A DNA stretch of 35,419 nt from an uncultured Spirochaetaceae bacterium (GCA_902772605.1 CACYBG010000281.1:1-35419); one strand, 5' to 3'. Positions 1 through 9,716 are shown, numbered from the stretch's first letter. A program made the numbers and translations. Notes: generated from the letters alone by a model not told the origin.

Positions 1-1149
1 CTTGGTCTTGGTGTTGCCCTTGATTATGACGTTCTCGACGTGGCTCCTTTCATTTTCCTGGATGCGGAAGATGTAGGAAATCACCTTCGTGTTGGAATCC
101 TTTATCGGGGATGCCGCAAACTGATTTGAAGTGTAGCCGTTCTCCCAGTACTTGAACTGGACGGCCATTGCGGTTTCCTGGAATTTCGTTTCGTTGTAGA
201 CGTCGCCAACCTTCTGCTTGACAAGGGACTGGAGCGTTTCCGTCGTGAAAACCTTGTTTCCCTCGAATACGACTCCTCCGAACGTATATTTCGAGCCTTC
301 CTGTATGTTGAACCTGATGGTCAGTTCGGTGCGCCTCTTCTCTTCATTGTACACCGATTCTTCTATCGTATAGTTCAGTACCTTTGCATCAACGTATCCG
401 CGGTCGTTGTAGTATGAAGTAATCGTCTTTGCATCCTGCTCGAGCTGGCTTTCCTTGAACGATCCCTTCTCAAAGAATCCGACCTCCTTGAGCGAAATCT
501 TTCCCTTGAGGGTGCCTGCGTTTACGGATGTGTTTCCGGTGAACTGTATCGATTTTACGACGGTCTGATGGCCCTCATCGACCGTATAGGTGACGGTATA
601 TCCGCCGTTGTCTTCTTCTGCAGTCGATGAAACCTTGACGTCCGTGAATCCCTTTTCTATGTAGAGGTCGCGTATCGCCCTTTCGTCCATGTAGCGCTTG
701 CTTTCATTGTATACGGACTTTTCCGTGCTGGAAATGGCATCGTTGAGCTCAGACCTTCTGACCTGATGGTAGCCCGCAAACTTGATCTTGGTGATTACGG
801 GATATTCCTTTACCTTAAGCACGATTCCTATGGAGCGGCAGCTTGAATACGTTCCGTCCATCGGATTTACGCGAATGTCCTCGATGTCCTCGAAGAAATT
901 CAACGCATAGGTCCTGTTGAGGATATCCTCAAAGACGTCGTCGGTGAATCTTTTGCCGATGAATCCGCTTGTAATGCCCTCAAGGTCATCCTTGGTGACG
1001 TTGTTCAGTCCTTCAAACGAAACGGAACGTATCGCCTTGTCGTAATACCATCCATCAGGAGCATCCGACTGAGAAAATGCAGGCAGGGTGAACAATGCGG
1101 CAAAAATCAGTGTGACCAGAAGGCCACGGGCTCCACGTTTAGTAAGCAT
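1..1149 (-). CDS. bamA: Outer membrane protein assembly factor BamA, N-terminal POTRA region; runs off the left window edge
   Basis: Not in the ORF track (no stop in window). Manual translation from ATG at 1149 gives MLTKRGARGLLVTLIFAALFTLPAFSQSDAPDGWYYDKAIRSVSFEGLNNV (signal peptide plus POTRA-like I..I.F.G motif). Later POTRA signatures include LYIEKGF, YYNDRGY and IQEGSKYTFGGVVFEGN. RBS AGAGGA. Directly downstream of tamB, as is usual in spirochetes. Confidence 0.93.
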   Translation of the reverse strand, partial: MLTKRGARGLLVTLIFAALFTLPAFSQSDAPDGWYYDKAIRSVSFEGLNNVTKDDLEGITSGFIGKRFTDDVFEDILNRTYALNFFEDIEDIRVNPMDGTYSSCRSIGIVLKVKEYPVITKIKFAGYHQVRRSELNDAISSTEKSVYNESKRYMDERAIRDLYIEKGFTDVKVSSTAEEDNGGYTVTYTVDEGHQTVVKSIQFTGNTSVNAGTLKGKISLKEVGFFEKGSFKESQLEQDAKTITSYYNDRGYVDAKVLNYTIEESVYNEEKRRTELTIRFNIQEGSKYTFGGVVFEGNKVFTTETLQSLVKQKVGDVYNETKFQETAMAVQFKYWENGYTSNQFAASPIKDSNTKVISYIFRIQENERSHVENVIIKGNTKTK

Positions 1150-1170
1150 AAAAATCCTCTTTTTAATTCC

Positions 1171-4100
1171 TTAAAGTTGCAACCGCCATGACAGAGTAAG
1201 AGATGTTGATGAAACCACAGAATTCTGCAGAGAACCAAAATCTGGTGCAAACTGCCAGCGGATATTTCCGAACGGAGAAAGCATTTCGAATCCCACTTCG
1301 GGACGGAACACCAATCCTCCACCGGAATTAAAGTTGTCGGCCCCGGAAGAATCATCGAAGGACCACTGCATGAGAGCGTCTACATAGATGTCCCTTCCAA
1401 GGTATTTGCCTATATAAACAGTCGTGTTGTCGAAAAAGTTACCGATTCCAGAAAATTCTTTGTCGTTAGAATTCGCAATGGTCTGGTTTATCACGTTCTG
1501 CAAGACTGTCGTACGAAGGGACAATATATCAAAATTGAGCAAATCACGCAATGCATTCTCAAGTTTTCTTGTAAGCACCGTCTGGGCCACGAAATCACCA
1601 GCGGCAACGGCAACGTCAGCCACGGATGAAGAATCTCCGGTAGCTATCTGTCCAAGGAGCTCCATGATTTCGTTTTCCGACTTCACGGGATTTGCAGTGA
1701 GCGTAGGATTGAATTCGGATGCCTTCTGGTTTACGGCTTCCAGAGTTATGGTGATGTTTCGTCCGTCGGAATCCCTTTCCCTGGTCTGTGCCCTAAGCGT
1801 CAGTTCTGGGTCGAAGCTGCTCTGGTTTTCATTCAGGAAGACCTTTCCCTCCGTCAGGTAGAAGTTCCGGCTCAGATAGAACACTTCACCGCCCCTCAGC
1901 GCAACGTCGCCGCTGACGCTCCACAGGGAATTCAGGGAATCCATCGTGAAATGGAGGGACGAATCCGGTGCAAGCATTCCGCGGAGGATCGGGTTTACGA
2001 CGAAATTCACCTTCTGCCCTATAAGCAGGTTCAGGTCGACCGATACGGGAAGAGGAGCGCCTTCAGATTTCTGCTGGGCGTTCTGCTTGGACTTGGAGTC
2101 GTTTCCGCCGTTTTTGTTCTTTCCCGCACCCGTCAGGTCCGAAAGGCTGTCGATTACGGTAGCCTCCGTATTGTGGATGGAAATGTCTCCCCTAAGGTCA
2201 ACCCCGTCCGTATTATATAGAAGATGAAGGTCAGCGCCTGCCTCACCCTTCACGTGCACGAAAGGAATGTCTATGTCGAACGGAATCCTGCCGTTCTGAC
2301 CGGTGGACATGTTTATCACGATGTCGTTGGGAGACCACCTGTCAAGCTTTATGGCGGCGTCCACGGCGACGTTGTTCGTCTTGATTATGAAATTCGTCGT
2401 CGGTATGGAAATCTCGCTTCCGGAAAGGTTCAGGTTCACGCGCTTTGCCGTTATGTGCTCCGGTATGTAGTTCGGAAGGTTTACGTCCAGACCTTCGAGC
2501 ATCAGTGCACCATCGAACACGGGATCCGAGAACAGCCCCGAAACGTCTGCATTTCCGCTCAGTATTCCGCCGTAAAGGCTGAACATGTCGGAGTTTATCA
2601 TGAAGGCGAATTTCGACATGTCGAAGAAAAGGTTCCTGACATGGAAATCCATGTTTGCACCGTCGATTGCACCGCTGAAATCAAAGTGCAGGGGCTTGGC
2701 CTCGTCTATCGAGAATTCCATTTCGCCCGTATCGTAAACGTATCCGCTCAATCCCAGGAAATCGTCGGAGGTTATTATGGTAAGGCCAGGAGAACGCTGG
2801 AGTATGAAATGGAGCGGTATGTCCATCTTGAGTATGTCGCCCTTGACAGGATCTGCATCCAGATAGAACGTCAGGTCCTCGGGTATCTTGAACAGGTCAG
2901 CATAGTAAGTGTCAGAGCCCTTTTCCACCGGGTCCTTTTCGCCTTCGAACGACAGGTCGAGCGGTATGCTTACGGTCGAATCCCCCACGTCCACCGTTAT
3001 GTCCGACTTGAGCTCTCCGTTGAAAGTCTCCAGATCCAGAAAGCCCTTTATGTCCGCAAAATGCATGGGGAGCCACTCTGCCTGGAATTCGGGGATTTCT
3101 ATCCTGCCGCCGCTGTACGATGCGTTTCCATGGACGTTCAGGGGATTGTCGCCCAGCTTCAGGGACAGGGAATCCAGATTGAAGTTCACGAGCGGTTCTG
3201 CAAGGGTTCCCTCTGCATGTACGCTTCCGGTGAAGAAGTTGTCATCCCCCTGCTTTTCCATGAACCTGGCCATCGGGAATTTCTGGATTTCAACGTCGGC
3301 ACTAAGGGTCCAGTCCTTCAGTATCGTATCGAATCCGTGTCCCTCCGGATTGGCAAGGCCTGCCTCTATGGACACAAGTTCTCCGGTTATGTCGTTGTTC
3401 ATGAGGACTTCAAGCGATGCTGACGAAAGGATGCCCTCTTCGCTCATGTCCCATTCCGCACTTCCGCCTCCCGTAAGCGATGAGACGGAATCCGAGTAGC
3501 CGATGTCGTCGATTTCAACCCTGTTTCCGTCTACGGATCCGCTCAGCGTAAGCTTTGAACCGAGGCTTGAGCTTCCCATGTCCTCGACAGTAAGGTTTTC
3601 AAGGTTGAACTTGAAGCCCTCCATTGACGAATACGTGAAGCTGGACCTTGCGGAAAGGTTGATGAGGAATCCGTATATCGAAAGCGGGAAGTCGGAAAGC
3701 CTGAACACTCCCTGCAGCGGATTGTTGAAGTTTACGTCGAGTTCCAGCCCGTAGTCGCCCGTAACGGACAGCCACTGACCGAAGCTGTAAAGTCCGTTCA
3801 GCTTGTACGGGATGTTGTTCAGGCTGAAATCGGTCGAGAATACAAGCTGCTGCTGCTGAGGCATTATGTCCATGCTGGCCGAAGCAGATACGGAGAACCT
3901 GTCGTAGAGGAGGTCCAGGGTCGTAAGGTTTACGGTTTCATTGGAACCGTTCATGGACAGGAAGAGCATCTGCCTTTCCTTCTCGGTGTTGGCGACGACC
4001 ACGTACGGACAGTTGAATGTAAGGGATTTCATGTCGGTTGAAAGGAACACCTCTCCCGACATGATGTACGGGGCAAAATTCGGGGCCATCTTTTCAAAGC

Positions 4101-5652
4101 TTTCCTTCGTTTCGCCGGACATGAAGAATGCCAGCGCAGAAACCACGCTGTCAAGGTAAAGCCTGTCCACTTCCACGCCCGTATGGACGGACATGTTCGA
4201 CCCGAGCGTGACGGTTCCGTCCAATGCAACGGTTCCGGGCTGGTCGGATTCCTGATGAGAATAGTCGTTCACGGAGAACCTGAAGTTTACGGCATTTCCG
4301 ACGGGATTGAGCTCAAGCTGAAGGGCCGTGAAGTCCTGTTCCCCGAGGTAGAGCTGCGGTATAAAGCACGTTATGCCGTTTCCAACGGGGTCAAGGTATG
4401 CATCACCCCTGATGACGGCTCCGTTCGGCATCTTGAAATGGTCAAGGTGAAGTTCTCCGGACGGCATGAAGTTTCCCAGGTTCATGGATCCCGTAAAGGT
4501 CGCCCCTATCATGTCCCCGTATACGCCAAGAGATGATGCGCGTATGATGGAATTGTTTCCGGAAAGGTTGAACACCGCCTTCTCGTAGGACGAAAGTATT
4601 CCGGCGGGAAGACCTACGGATCCCCTTGCAGTCCACCTGTAGCGTCCGGTCGGAAGGTTGAACACTATGTTTCCGTCGGCAGATACCTTAAGCCCCTTCA
4701 GCTTTGCAAGGGTTCCCGTCAGGGCGGGCATCTTTATGAGCGAGAACGGATCCAGGTCGTCGGTGGAAAGGGCCGCGCTTACATCCCCGGACTCTATGTC
4801 GTATTCGGCACCTATGGAATACGGCCTGCTGTGCTTGGTGGTCTGAACGGCAAAAACACCGTCGCTGTACCTGAGAAGGAATTCCGTGTCCCTGACGGAA
4901 TAGTCTGCCTTTCCGTGTACGCCAAGGTTTATGGTTGCGGAGCTTCCCGATATCTCCGGAACGAGTTTTCCGTCAAGCCTGATTTTCTCACCGACGGTCA
5001 TTCCTCCTATCGCACCTATCCCTGCAAGCACCTCGCCGTCAAGCTTCAGGCCCATCGCCCTTCCGTCCTGCTGCCTGTTCACGTCCATCATGCGGATCTT
5101 GGCGGAAACCTCGTTGTCCCCATCCCTGTATCGGGCGTTTATGTTCTTTACCTGCACGGAAAAGGGAATCTTGAACACCCCGTCCCAAACCTTGCGGAGT
5201 GTCTCCATCGTGAAGGGATCCTTCTCCTTGTCCTCCTCGCCTGCAAAATTCCTTACTATCCGCTCTATGATGCCGGAATACTTTTCCATGTCGAAGTCTA
5301 TGTCAACGTCGTTCAGAACGAGCCTTGAGAACGCACCGTCGATGTCAAGGGAAATCAGTTTCTTGATGTCGAACGAAAACGCAATGTCCCTGACGCGCAG
5401 GATTTCATCGCCTGTCGACCTGTCGAATACGACGACTCCGTTCAGGTGCACGCCGGAGAAAATTGAGGGGGAAAGCCTGTCGTATGAAACGCCAAGCCCG
5501 GTCTTCTCCTCAACAAGGTTAAGGATGCCCGACTCCACGTACCGTATGGCCCTGTTCATTGCACGGTAAAGCGGCCTCAGTGCAAAAAATGCAAGAAGCA
5601 TCAGTATGAGGAAGATGATTATGCTGACTATATTCCTTATCCGGCGTTTCAT
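1171..5652 (-). CDS. tamB: Translocation/assembly module TamB-like protein (C-terminal DUF490)
   Basis: About 1490 aa with one N-terminal TM anchor and a long beta-rich body. The C-terminus has DUF490-like features (GEVFYLSRNFYLTEGKVFL, FDPELTLRA, YIGKYLGRDIYV). Adjacent to bamA. ATG 5652 preferred over TTG 5667. Confidence 0.85.
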   Translation of the reverse strand: MKRRIRNIVSIIIFLILMLLAFFALRPLYRAMNRAIRYVESGILNLVEEKTGLGVSYDRLSPSIFSGVHLNGVVVFDRSTGDEILRVRDIAFSFDIKKLISLDIDGAFSRLVLNDVDIDFDMEKYSGIIERIVRNFAGEEDKEKDPFTMETLRKVWDGVFKIPFSVQVKNINARYRDGDNEVSAKIRMMDVNRQQDGRAMGLKLDGEVLAGIGAIGGMTVGEKIRLDGKLVPEISGSSATINLGVHGKADYSVRDTEFLLRYSDGVFAVQTTKHSRPYSIGAEYDIESGDVSAALSTDDLDPFSLIKMPALTGTLAKLKGLKVSADGNIVFNLPTGRYRWTARGSVGLPAGILSSYEKAVFNLSGNNSIIRASSLGVYGDMIGATFTGSMNLGNFMPSGELHLDHFKMPNGAVIRGDAYLDPVGNGITCFIPQLYLGEQDFTALQLELNPVGNAVNFRFSVNDYSHQESDQPGTVALDGTVTLGSNMSVHTGVEVDRLYLDSVVSALAFFMSGETKESFEKMAPNFAPYIMSGEVFLSTDMKSLTFNCPYVVVANTEKERQMLFLSMNGSNETVNLTTLDLLYDRFSVSASASMDIMPQQQQLVFSTDFSLNNIPYKLNGLYSFGQWLSVTGDYGLELDVNFNNPLQGVFRLSDFPLSIYGFLINLSARSSFTYSSMEGFKFNLENLTVEDMGSSSLGSKLTLSGSVDGNRVEIDDIGYSDSVSSLTGGGSAEWDMSEEGILSSASLEVLMNNDITGELVSIEAGLANPEGHGFDTILKDWTLSADVEIQKFPMARFMEKQGDDNFFTGSVHAEGTLAEPLVNFNLDSLSLKLGDNPLNVHGNASYSGGRIEIPEFQAEWLPMHFADIKGFLDLETFNGELKSDITVDVGDSTVSIPLDLSFEGEKDPVEKGSDTYYADLFKIPEDLTFYLDADPVKGDILKMDIPLHFILQRSPGLTIITSDDFLGLSGYVYDTGEMEFSIDEAKPLHFDFSGAIDGANMDFHVRNLFFDMSKFAFMINSDMFSLYGGILSGNADVSGLFSDPVFDGALMLEGLDVNLPNYIPEHITAKRVNLNLSGSEISIPTTNFIIKTNNVAVDAAIKLDRWSPNDIVINMSTGQNGRIPFDIDIPFVHVKGEAGADLHLLYNTDGVDLRGDISIHNTEATVIDSLSDLTGAGKNKNGGNDSKSKQNAQQKSEGAPLPVSVDLNLLIGQKVNFVVNPILRGMLAPDSSLHFTMDSLNSLWSVSGDVALRGGEVFYLSRNFYLTEGKVFLNENQSSFDPELTLRAQTRERDSDGRNITITLEAVNQKASEFNPTLTANPVKSENEIMELLGQIATGDSSSVADVAVAAGDFVAQTVLTRKLENALRDLLNFDILSLRTTVLQNVINQTIANSNDKEFSGIGNFFDNTTVYIGKYLGRDIYVDALMQWSFDDSSGADNFNSGGGLVFRPEVGFEMLSPFGNIRWQFAPDFGSLQNSVVSSTSLTLSWRLQL

Positions 5653-6039
5653 ATCACCAAATGACAAAGGCTCCCGTTTTTTTCAGGACATGCCGACATG
5701 CCCATGCGGACAGATCGAAAGTCCAATGCTTTGTGCCGGTCCCGGGAAAATCGGAAAAAGATGATCCGACCACGTTCGCAGAAGCGGCATTGAAAACGTC
5801 ACGTAAACATGCATGCGGTCCCGGACGTTTTCTTGAATTTTAGGACACGTTGTGCAATAATGGCCCGTGGATCCGTGACTTGCTGACGGTCAGCGACCAA
5901 TGATCCTAATCGGGATTATCAGGCGCTTCCTTAAAGTCGTCGGATTTCACAAACCGATGGCATCATGCAGGCCCGGTAAAAAACAGGCGAGATGAAGGTC
6001 CCATGCCATCCATGATTCCATGCAGTCCACGGATGACTT

Positions 6040-6068
6040 ATGGTATCAAATTTCTCACAGAATTTGAA
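6040..6068 (-). promoter_or_regulatory. Putative sigma70 promoter for tamB-bamA
   Basis: Minus strand TTCAAA-N17-TACCAT with extended TGn. Implies a 5' leader of about 380 nt. Confidence 0.45.
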
Positions 6069-6078
6069 GGTTTTTTCC

Positions 6079-6729
6079 ATGATACTACAAAATTTTATTG
6101 TCCTTGAAGGCATAGACGGAGCCGGAACATCCACCCAGCTGGACATAATCAGAAACACTCCGGGAACGCAAAGGTTTCTCTTTACTGCGGAACCGACCCC
6201 ATCCCCAGTCGGCAGGTTCCTAAGGCAGATGCTGAAGGGAGACGCCCCCGTTTCAAACGAGACGGCAGCATACGTATTTGCCGCAGACAGGAACGAGCAC
6301 GTCAACGGCCGGCTTTCGATCGACGGAGACAGGCACCTTTCCACCGGAATAATGGAAGCATGCTCGGGCGGATATACCGTAGTCAGCGACAGGTACCTGT
6401 TTTCAAGCCTGGCATACCAGAGCATAAGCTGCAGTCCCGAACTTCCAAGGCTCCTGAACGGCGGTTTTCCTCTTCCCAGGCTACTGGTCTACTTCGACAT
6501 AGACCCGGTAAAATCCCTCGAACGAATAGGCGGAAGGGACACCAGGGAAATATACGAGAACGCAGGATTCCTCAGGCAGACCGTCGAACAGTACGAGAAG
6601 GTGCTGAACGAATACTCCGATCCGGAAAGGTGCGGCGGCATGGAGATACTCAGGGTCGATGCAGCGAAGCCGATACCGGAAGTGACTGAAGCCATAACGG
6701 ACAAGCTCAGGGAAATAGGCCTTCTGTAA
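6079..6729 (+). CDS. tmk: Thymidylate kinase (dTMP kinase)
   Basis: FIVLEGIDGAGTSTQ P-loop (Lys replaced by Thr), TAEPT, FAADR, VVSDRYLFSSLAYQ motifs. ATG 6079 chosen, preceded by GAAGG. Confidence 0.92.
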   Translation: MILQNFIVLEGIDGAGTSTQLDIIRNTPGTQRFLFTAEPTPSPVGRFLRQMLKGDAPVSNETAAYVFAADRNEHVNGRLSIDGDRHLSTGIMEACSGGYTVVSDRYLFSSLAYQSISCSPELPRLLNGGFPLPRLLVYFDIDPVKSLERIGGRDTREIYENAGFLRQTVEQYEKVLNEYSDPERCGGMEILRVDAAKPIPEVTEAITDKLREIGLL

Positions 6730-6735
6730 TTCCAA

Positions 6736-6763
6736 TCAATTTTCTCAGCCGAACTGCCGATAT
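6736..6763 (+). promoter_or_regulatory. Possible sigma28 (FliA/SigD-type) promoter
   Basis: TCAA-N16-GCCGATAT, 8 nt upstream of the ATG at 6772. Confidence 0.4.
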
Positions 6764-6771
6764 ACAGGGAT

Positions 6772-7398
6772 ATGAAAGAGTCCTTGAGAAAAATCGCGGC
6801 GCTATCTGTCGCTGCACTGTTGATCATAATCTCATCCGTCCCTGCATTCTCCTACGTTGCAAAATACAAGGAAGACTACTACAGGCTGTACCACATACAC
6901 CATCAGCAGCTTCCGGACGACTGCATAGAGAACATCTACTGGCTTGAACTTGCCGTAAAGGCGGATTTCGCAAATCCCTACTATGCCATGACGAAAATCG
7001 AGGACGAAAGCCAGTGGGAGAAGTACAGGTGCCTATTCATGATGCACGTAAACCTGAAGCTCATCGAGCAGCACCTGAGGCTGGGCAGGATTTACGACAA
7101 GCAGGTGGCATACTTCTACGACGCCCCATGGAAGGACGAATACCAAAGGAACCTCGAAAAGGCGAAGACATGCTACGAGGCGTGCTACACGTACTGGGAG
7201 GAGGCGAAACTCTGGGCGGAAAAGGCAAGCGTATCGAAATTCAACTTCATGTACCTTACGGGGCTTCAGAACTGGGAGGACGAACGCGAAAGGGTCTCGA
7301 CCGGAAAGCTCAACTACAAGAGGACTCTCGACAGGGAACTCGAAAGGGTTCAGAAAGTCCTTGACGACCTTATTGAAATGAATGGCAAAACCTATTAA
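6772..7398 (+). CDS. Exported alpha-helical hypothetical protein
   Basis: 208 aa, Sec signal peptide (..VPAFS/Y), Tyr/Trp-rich helical body, host-like codon usage. Confidence 0.8.
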   Translation: MKESLRKIAALSVAALLIIISSVPAFSYVAKYKEDYYRLYHIHHQQLPDDCIENIYWLELAVKADFANPYYAMTKIEDESQWEKYRCLFMMHVNLKLIEQHLRLGRIYDKQVAYFYDAPWKDEYQRNLEKAKTCYEACYTYWEEAKLWAEKASVSKFNFMYLTGLQNWEDERERVSTGKLNYKRTLDRELERVQKVLDDLIEMNGKTY

Positions 7399-7401
7399 AC
7401 T
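7373..7401 (+). promoter_or_regulatory. Putative sigma70 promoter giving leaderless aroB mRNA
   Basis: TTGAAA-N17-TAAACT, then 6 nt, then ATG 7408. Confidence 0.5.
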
Positions 7402-7407
7402 CAGGGT

Positions 7408-8538
7408 ATGAGCGTAGAAACATTTACATTTTCATACCCGAAGAATTCGGGATTCGAATCGACATCAATAAATTTTCATTCAGGCTCTCCAGACTTGGAG
7501 GGCTTGTTTTGTCATGGGACAGAAGGCCAGAGGCTTTTCGTCACCGACACGTCGATAGCGTCTCTTCCGTCAATGAAACCGTTCATATCCCGCTTCACCG
7601 ATGACGGAAGCAGACCTTCCAAAACCAGGGTCGGAAACGACATTCTGCTGACGGTCGGTGCAGGCGAAAGCTTCAAGACGCTGGAAACGGTCATCGAGAT
7701 GGTCGAGGCGGCACTGGAAGGAAATTTCAACAGGAACAGCACCTTCATAGCCATAGGCGGAGGCGTAATCTGCGACATGACCGCCTTCGCAGCATCAATG
7801 TTCAAGCGCGGGGTATCGGTCAGGTTCGTACCTACTACACTGCTTGCCATGGTCGATGCGGCCATAGGGGGAAAGTCGGGCTGCGACTTCAAGGGGTACA
7901 AGAACATGATAGGTTCGTTCTGGCCTGCATCCACCCTGGACGTATGGCCCAAATTCATACTTTCCCTTCCTGAAAAGGAATTCGTATCCGGGCTTGGAGA
8001 GGCCATAAAGACTGCCCTGCTCTTTTCGCCCGAAATGTGGAAGATGTTCACGGAAAACGCAGACAGGATACTCAGGCGCGACATGAACGTGCTCCACAGA
8101 ATCATAATCGAGTGCGTAAAGGCAAAGGCGGCCATAGTCGAGGAGGATTTCAGGGAACACGGAAGGAGGGCTTTCCTAAACCTTGGACACACATTCGGAC
8201 ACGCACTGGAGTCGGTTGCGGGACTCGGGACCATAACCCACGGCGAAGCGGTCGTCTGGGGCATAGGACGCGCATTGGACCTGAGCGTAAGGCTGGGACT
8301 TTGCAGCGAAGGATATGCGGAAAAAACAAAGGAAGTCCTTTCGGCATACGGATACGACATGAAGGTAAGGCCGTCCGTACTTGAAGGTTCTGCCGACGGA
8401 ACGAAAGAACGGCTGATAGGTGCCATGAAGAAGGACAAGAAGAACATTTCGTCCGAAATAAGGGTTACGATACAGAAGGGATTGTGCGACACGCTCGTAA
8501 CCGGCGTATCCGACGGCGACATAGAGGCGGTGCTCTGA
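7408..8538 (+). CDS. aroB: 3-dehydroquinate synthase
   Basis: GGGVICDMTAFAAS, VPTTLLAMVDAAIGGKSG, KNMIGSF, LNLGHTFGHALE and HGEAV motifs. Confidence 0.93.
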   Translation: MSVETFTFSYPKNSGFESTSINFHSGSPDLEGLFCHGTEGQRLFVTDTSIASLPSMKPFISRFTDDGSRPSKTRVGNDILLTVGAGESFKTLETVIEMVEAALEGNFNRNSTFIAIGGGVICDMTAFAASMFKRGVSVRFVPTTLLAMVDAAIGGKSGCDFKGYKNMIGSFWPASTLDVWPKFILSLPEKEFVSGLGEAIKTALLFSPEMWKMFTENADRILRRDMNVLHRIIIECVKAKAAIVEEDFREHGRRAFLNLGHTFGHALESVAGLGTITHGEAVVWGIGRALDLSVRLGLCSEGYAEKTKEVLSAYGYDMKVRPSVLEGSADGTKERLIGAMKKDKKNISSEIRVTIQKGLCDTLVTGVSDGDIEAVL

Positions 8539-9716
8539 TGGTTTCAAGGGATCACTATTTCGACTGGGCGGCGACATCGCCATGCGACGAGGAAATACTT
8601 CAGGCAGCAATGAAGGAAGCCATCGAGCACTGGGGGAATCCGTCAAGCATACATGCGGCAGGAACAGATGCAAGGAAGGCTCTGGAAGAATCCAGGAAAA
8701 GGGCGGCAGATGCACTTGGAGTAAAGCCTGAGACCGTATTCTTCACTTCGGGAGGAACGGAAAGCGACCACATTCCCCTGCTTTCACTGCTTTCAAAGCC
8801 CGGCAAAGGAAGCATCGTAGTCAGTGCGATAGAACATCCCGCACTCAGGGAGATGACCGGCATGATGCAGAACTGCGGATGGAAGGTAATAAGCGTAGGA
8901 CCCGACAGAAACGGATTCATAAGGAGCGAATCGGTCGCATCCGCCATCCAGGACGACACGGCATTCGTAACGGTCATGGCCGTAAACAACGAGACGGGAG
9001 CCATACAGCCGATAGCCGACATATCAAGGGCAGTATCGGAAAAATGCAAGGGAAAAAGGAAACCGTTCCTGCACGTCGACTGCGTACAGGCGGCCGGAAA
9101 AATTCCGTTGAGGCTTACGGACTGGGGAATCGATTCGGCGGCTTTCAGCGCACACAAGATAGGCGGTCCAAGGGGCATAGGAGTACTCTACCTTTCAAGG
9201 CAAATGGTACCGTTCCTCAGGGGCGGCGGTCAGGAAAAGGGAATCAGAAGCGGAACGGAAAACCTTTTCGGTGCCGCTGCTGCATCGATGTGCATGGAAA
9301 AATACCTGATCCGAAGCTCAAACCCAAGGTCCGAGGAAAGGCTTTCACTTCAGAAACAGTGGACGAAGAAATTCATCGCAGGACTTCTGGACATAAACGG
9401 CTGCGTACTGATTCCGCAGGACAGGAAGAACGAAGAGCTTTCGGAAGGATTCTCACCTTGGGTGGTCCAGGCAGCTTTTCCTGGAATCCCCGGGCAGGTC
9501 ATGGAGCGTGCTCTCAGTTCCGAAGGGTTCTACATATCGACAGGAAGCGCATGTTCGTCGGGAAGGCATTCAAGGCCGGTACTCGACAGCATGAACGTAG
9601 GCGGAAGGGAAAAGGAATCCGCAGTCCGATTCAGCTTCGGGTGGGACACGACCGAAAAGGCCATGGACGAGCTGCTGGACATGGTCAGGAAAACGGTAAG
9701 GCAATTCGAACACTGA
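8538..9716 (+). CDS. Cysteine desulfurase family protein (IscS/NifS-like, PLP-dependent class V aminotransferase)
   Basis: YFDWAATSP, GNPSSIH, FTSGGTES, SAHKIGGP (PLP Lys), RSGTEN and STGSACSS (catalytic Cys). TGATG overlap with aroB. Confidence 0.92.
   Translation: MVSRDHYFDWAATSPCDEEILQAAMKEAIEHWGNPSSIHAAGTDARKALEESRKRAADALGVKPETVFFTSGGTESDHIPLLSLLSKPGKGSIVVSAIEHPALREMTGMMQNCGWKVISVGPDRNGFIRSESVASAIQDDTAFVTVMAVNNETGAIQPIADISRAVSEKCKGKRKPFLHVDCVQAAGKIPLRLTDWGIDSAAFSAHKIGGPRGIGVLYLSRQMVPFLRGGGQEKGIRSGTENLFGAAAASMCMEKYLIRSSNPRSEERLSLQKQWTKKFIAGLLDINGCVLIPQDRKNEELSEGFSPWVVQAAFPGIPGQVMERALSSEGFYISTGSACSSGRHSRPVLDSMNVGGREKESAVRFSFGWDTTEKAMDELLDMVRKTVRQFEH

Noticed and set aside
1424-5569. Long plus-strand ORFs opposite tamB (e.g. 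2224-3423, 399 aa) and similar antisense ORFs over aroB, secA, GH57 and others
   Set aside because: They are shadow frames of well-supported genes caused by codon bias, with no motifs or RBS.
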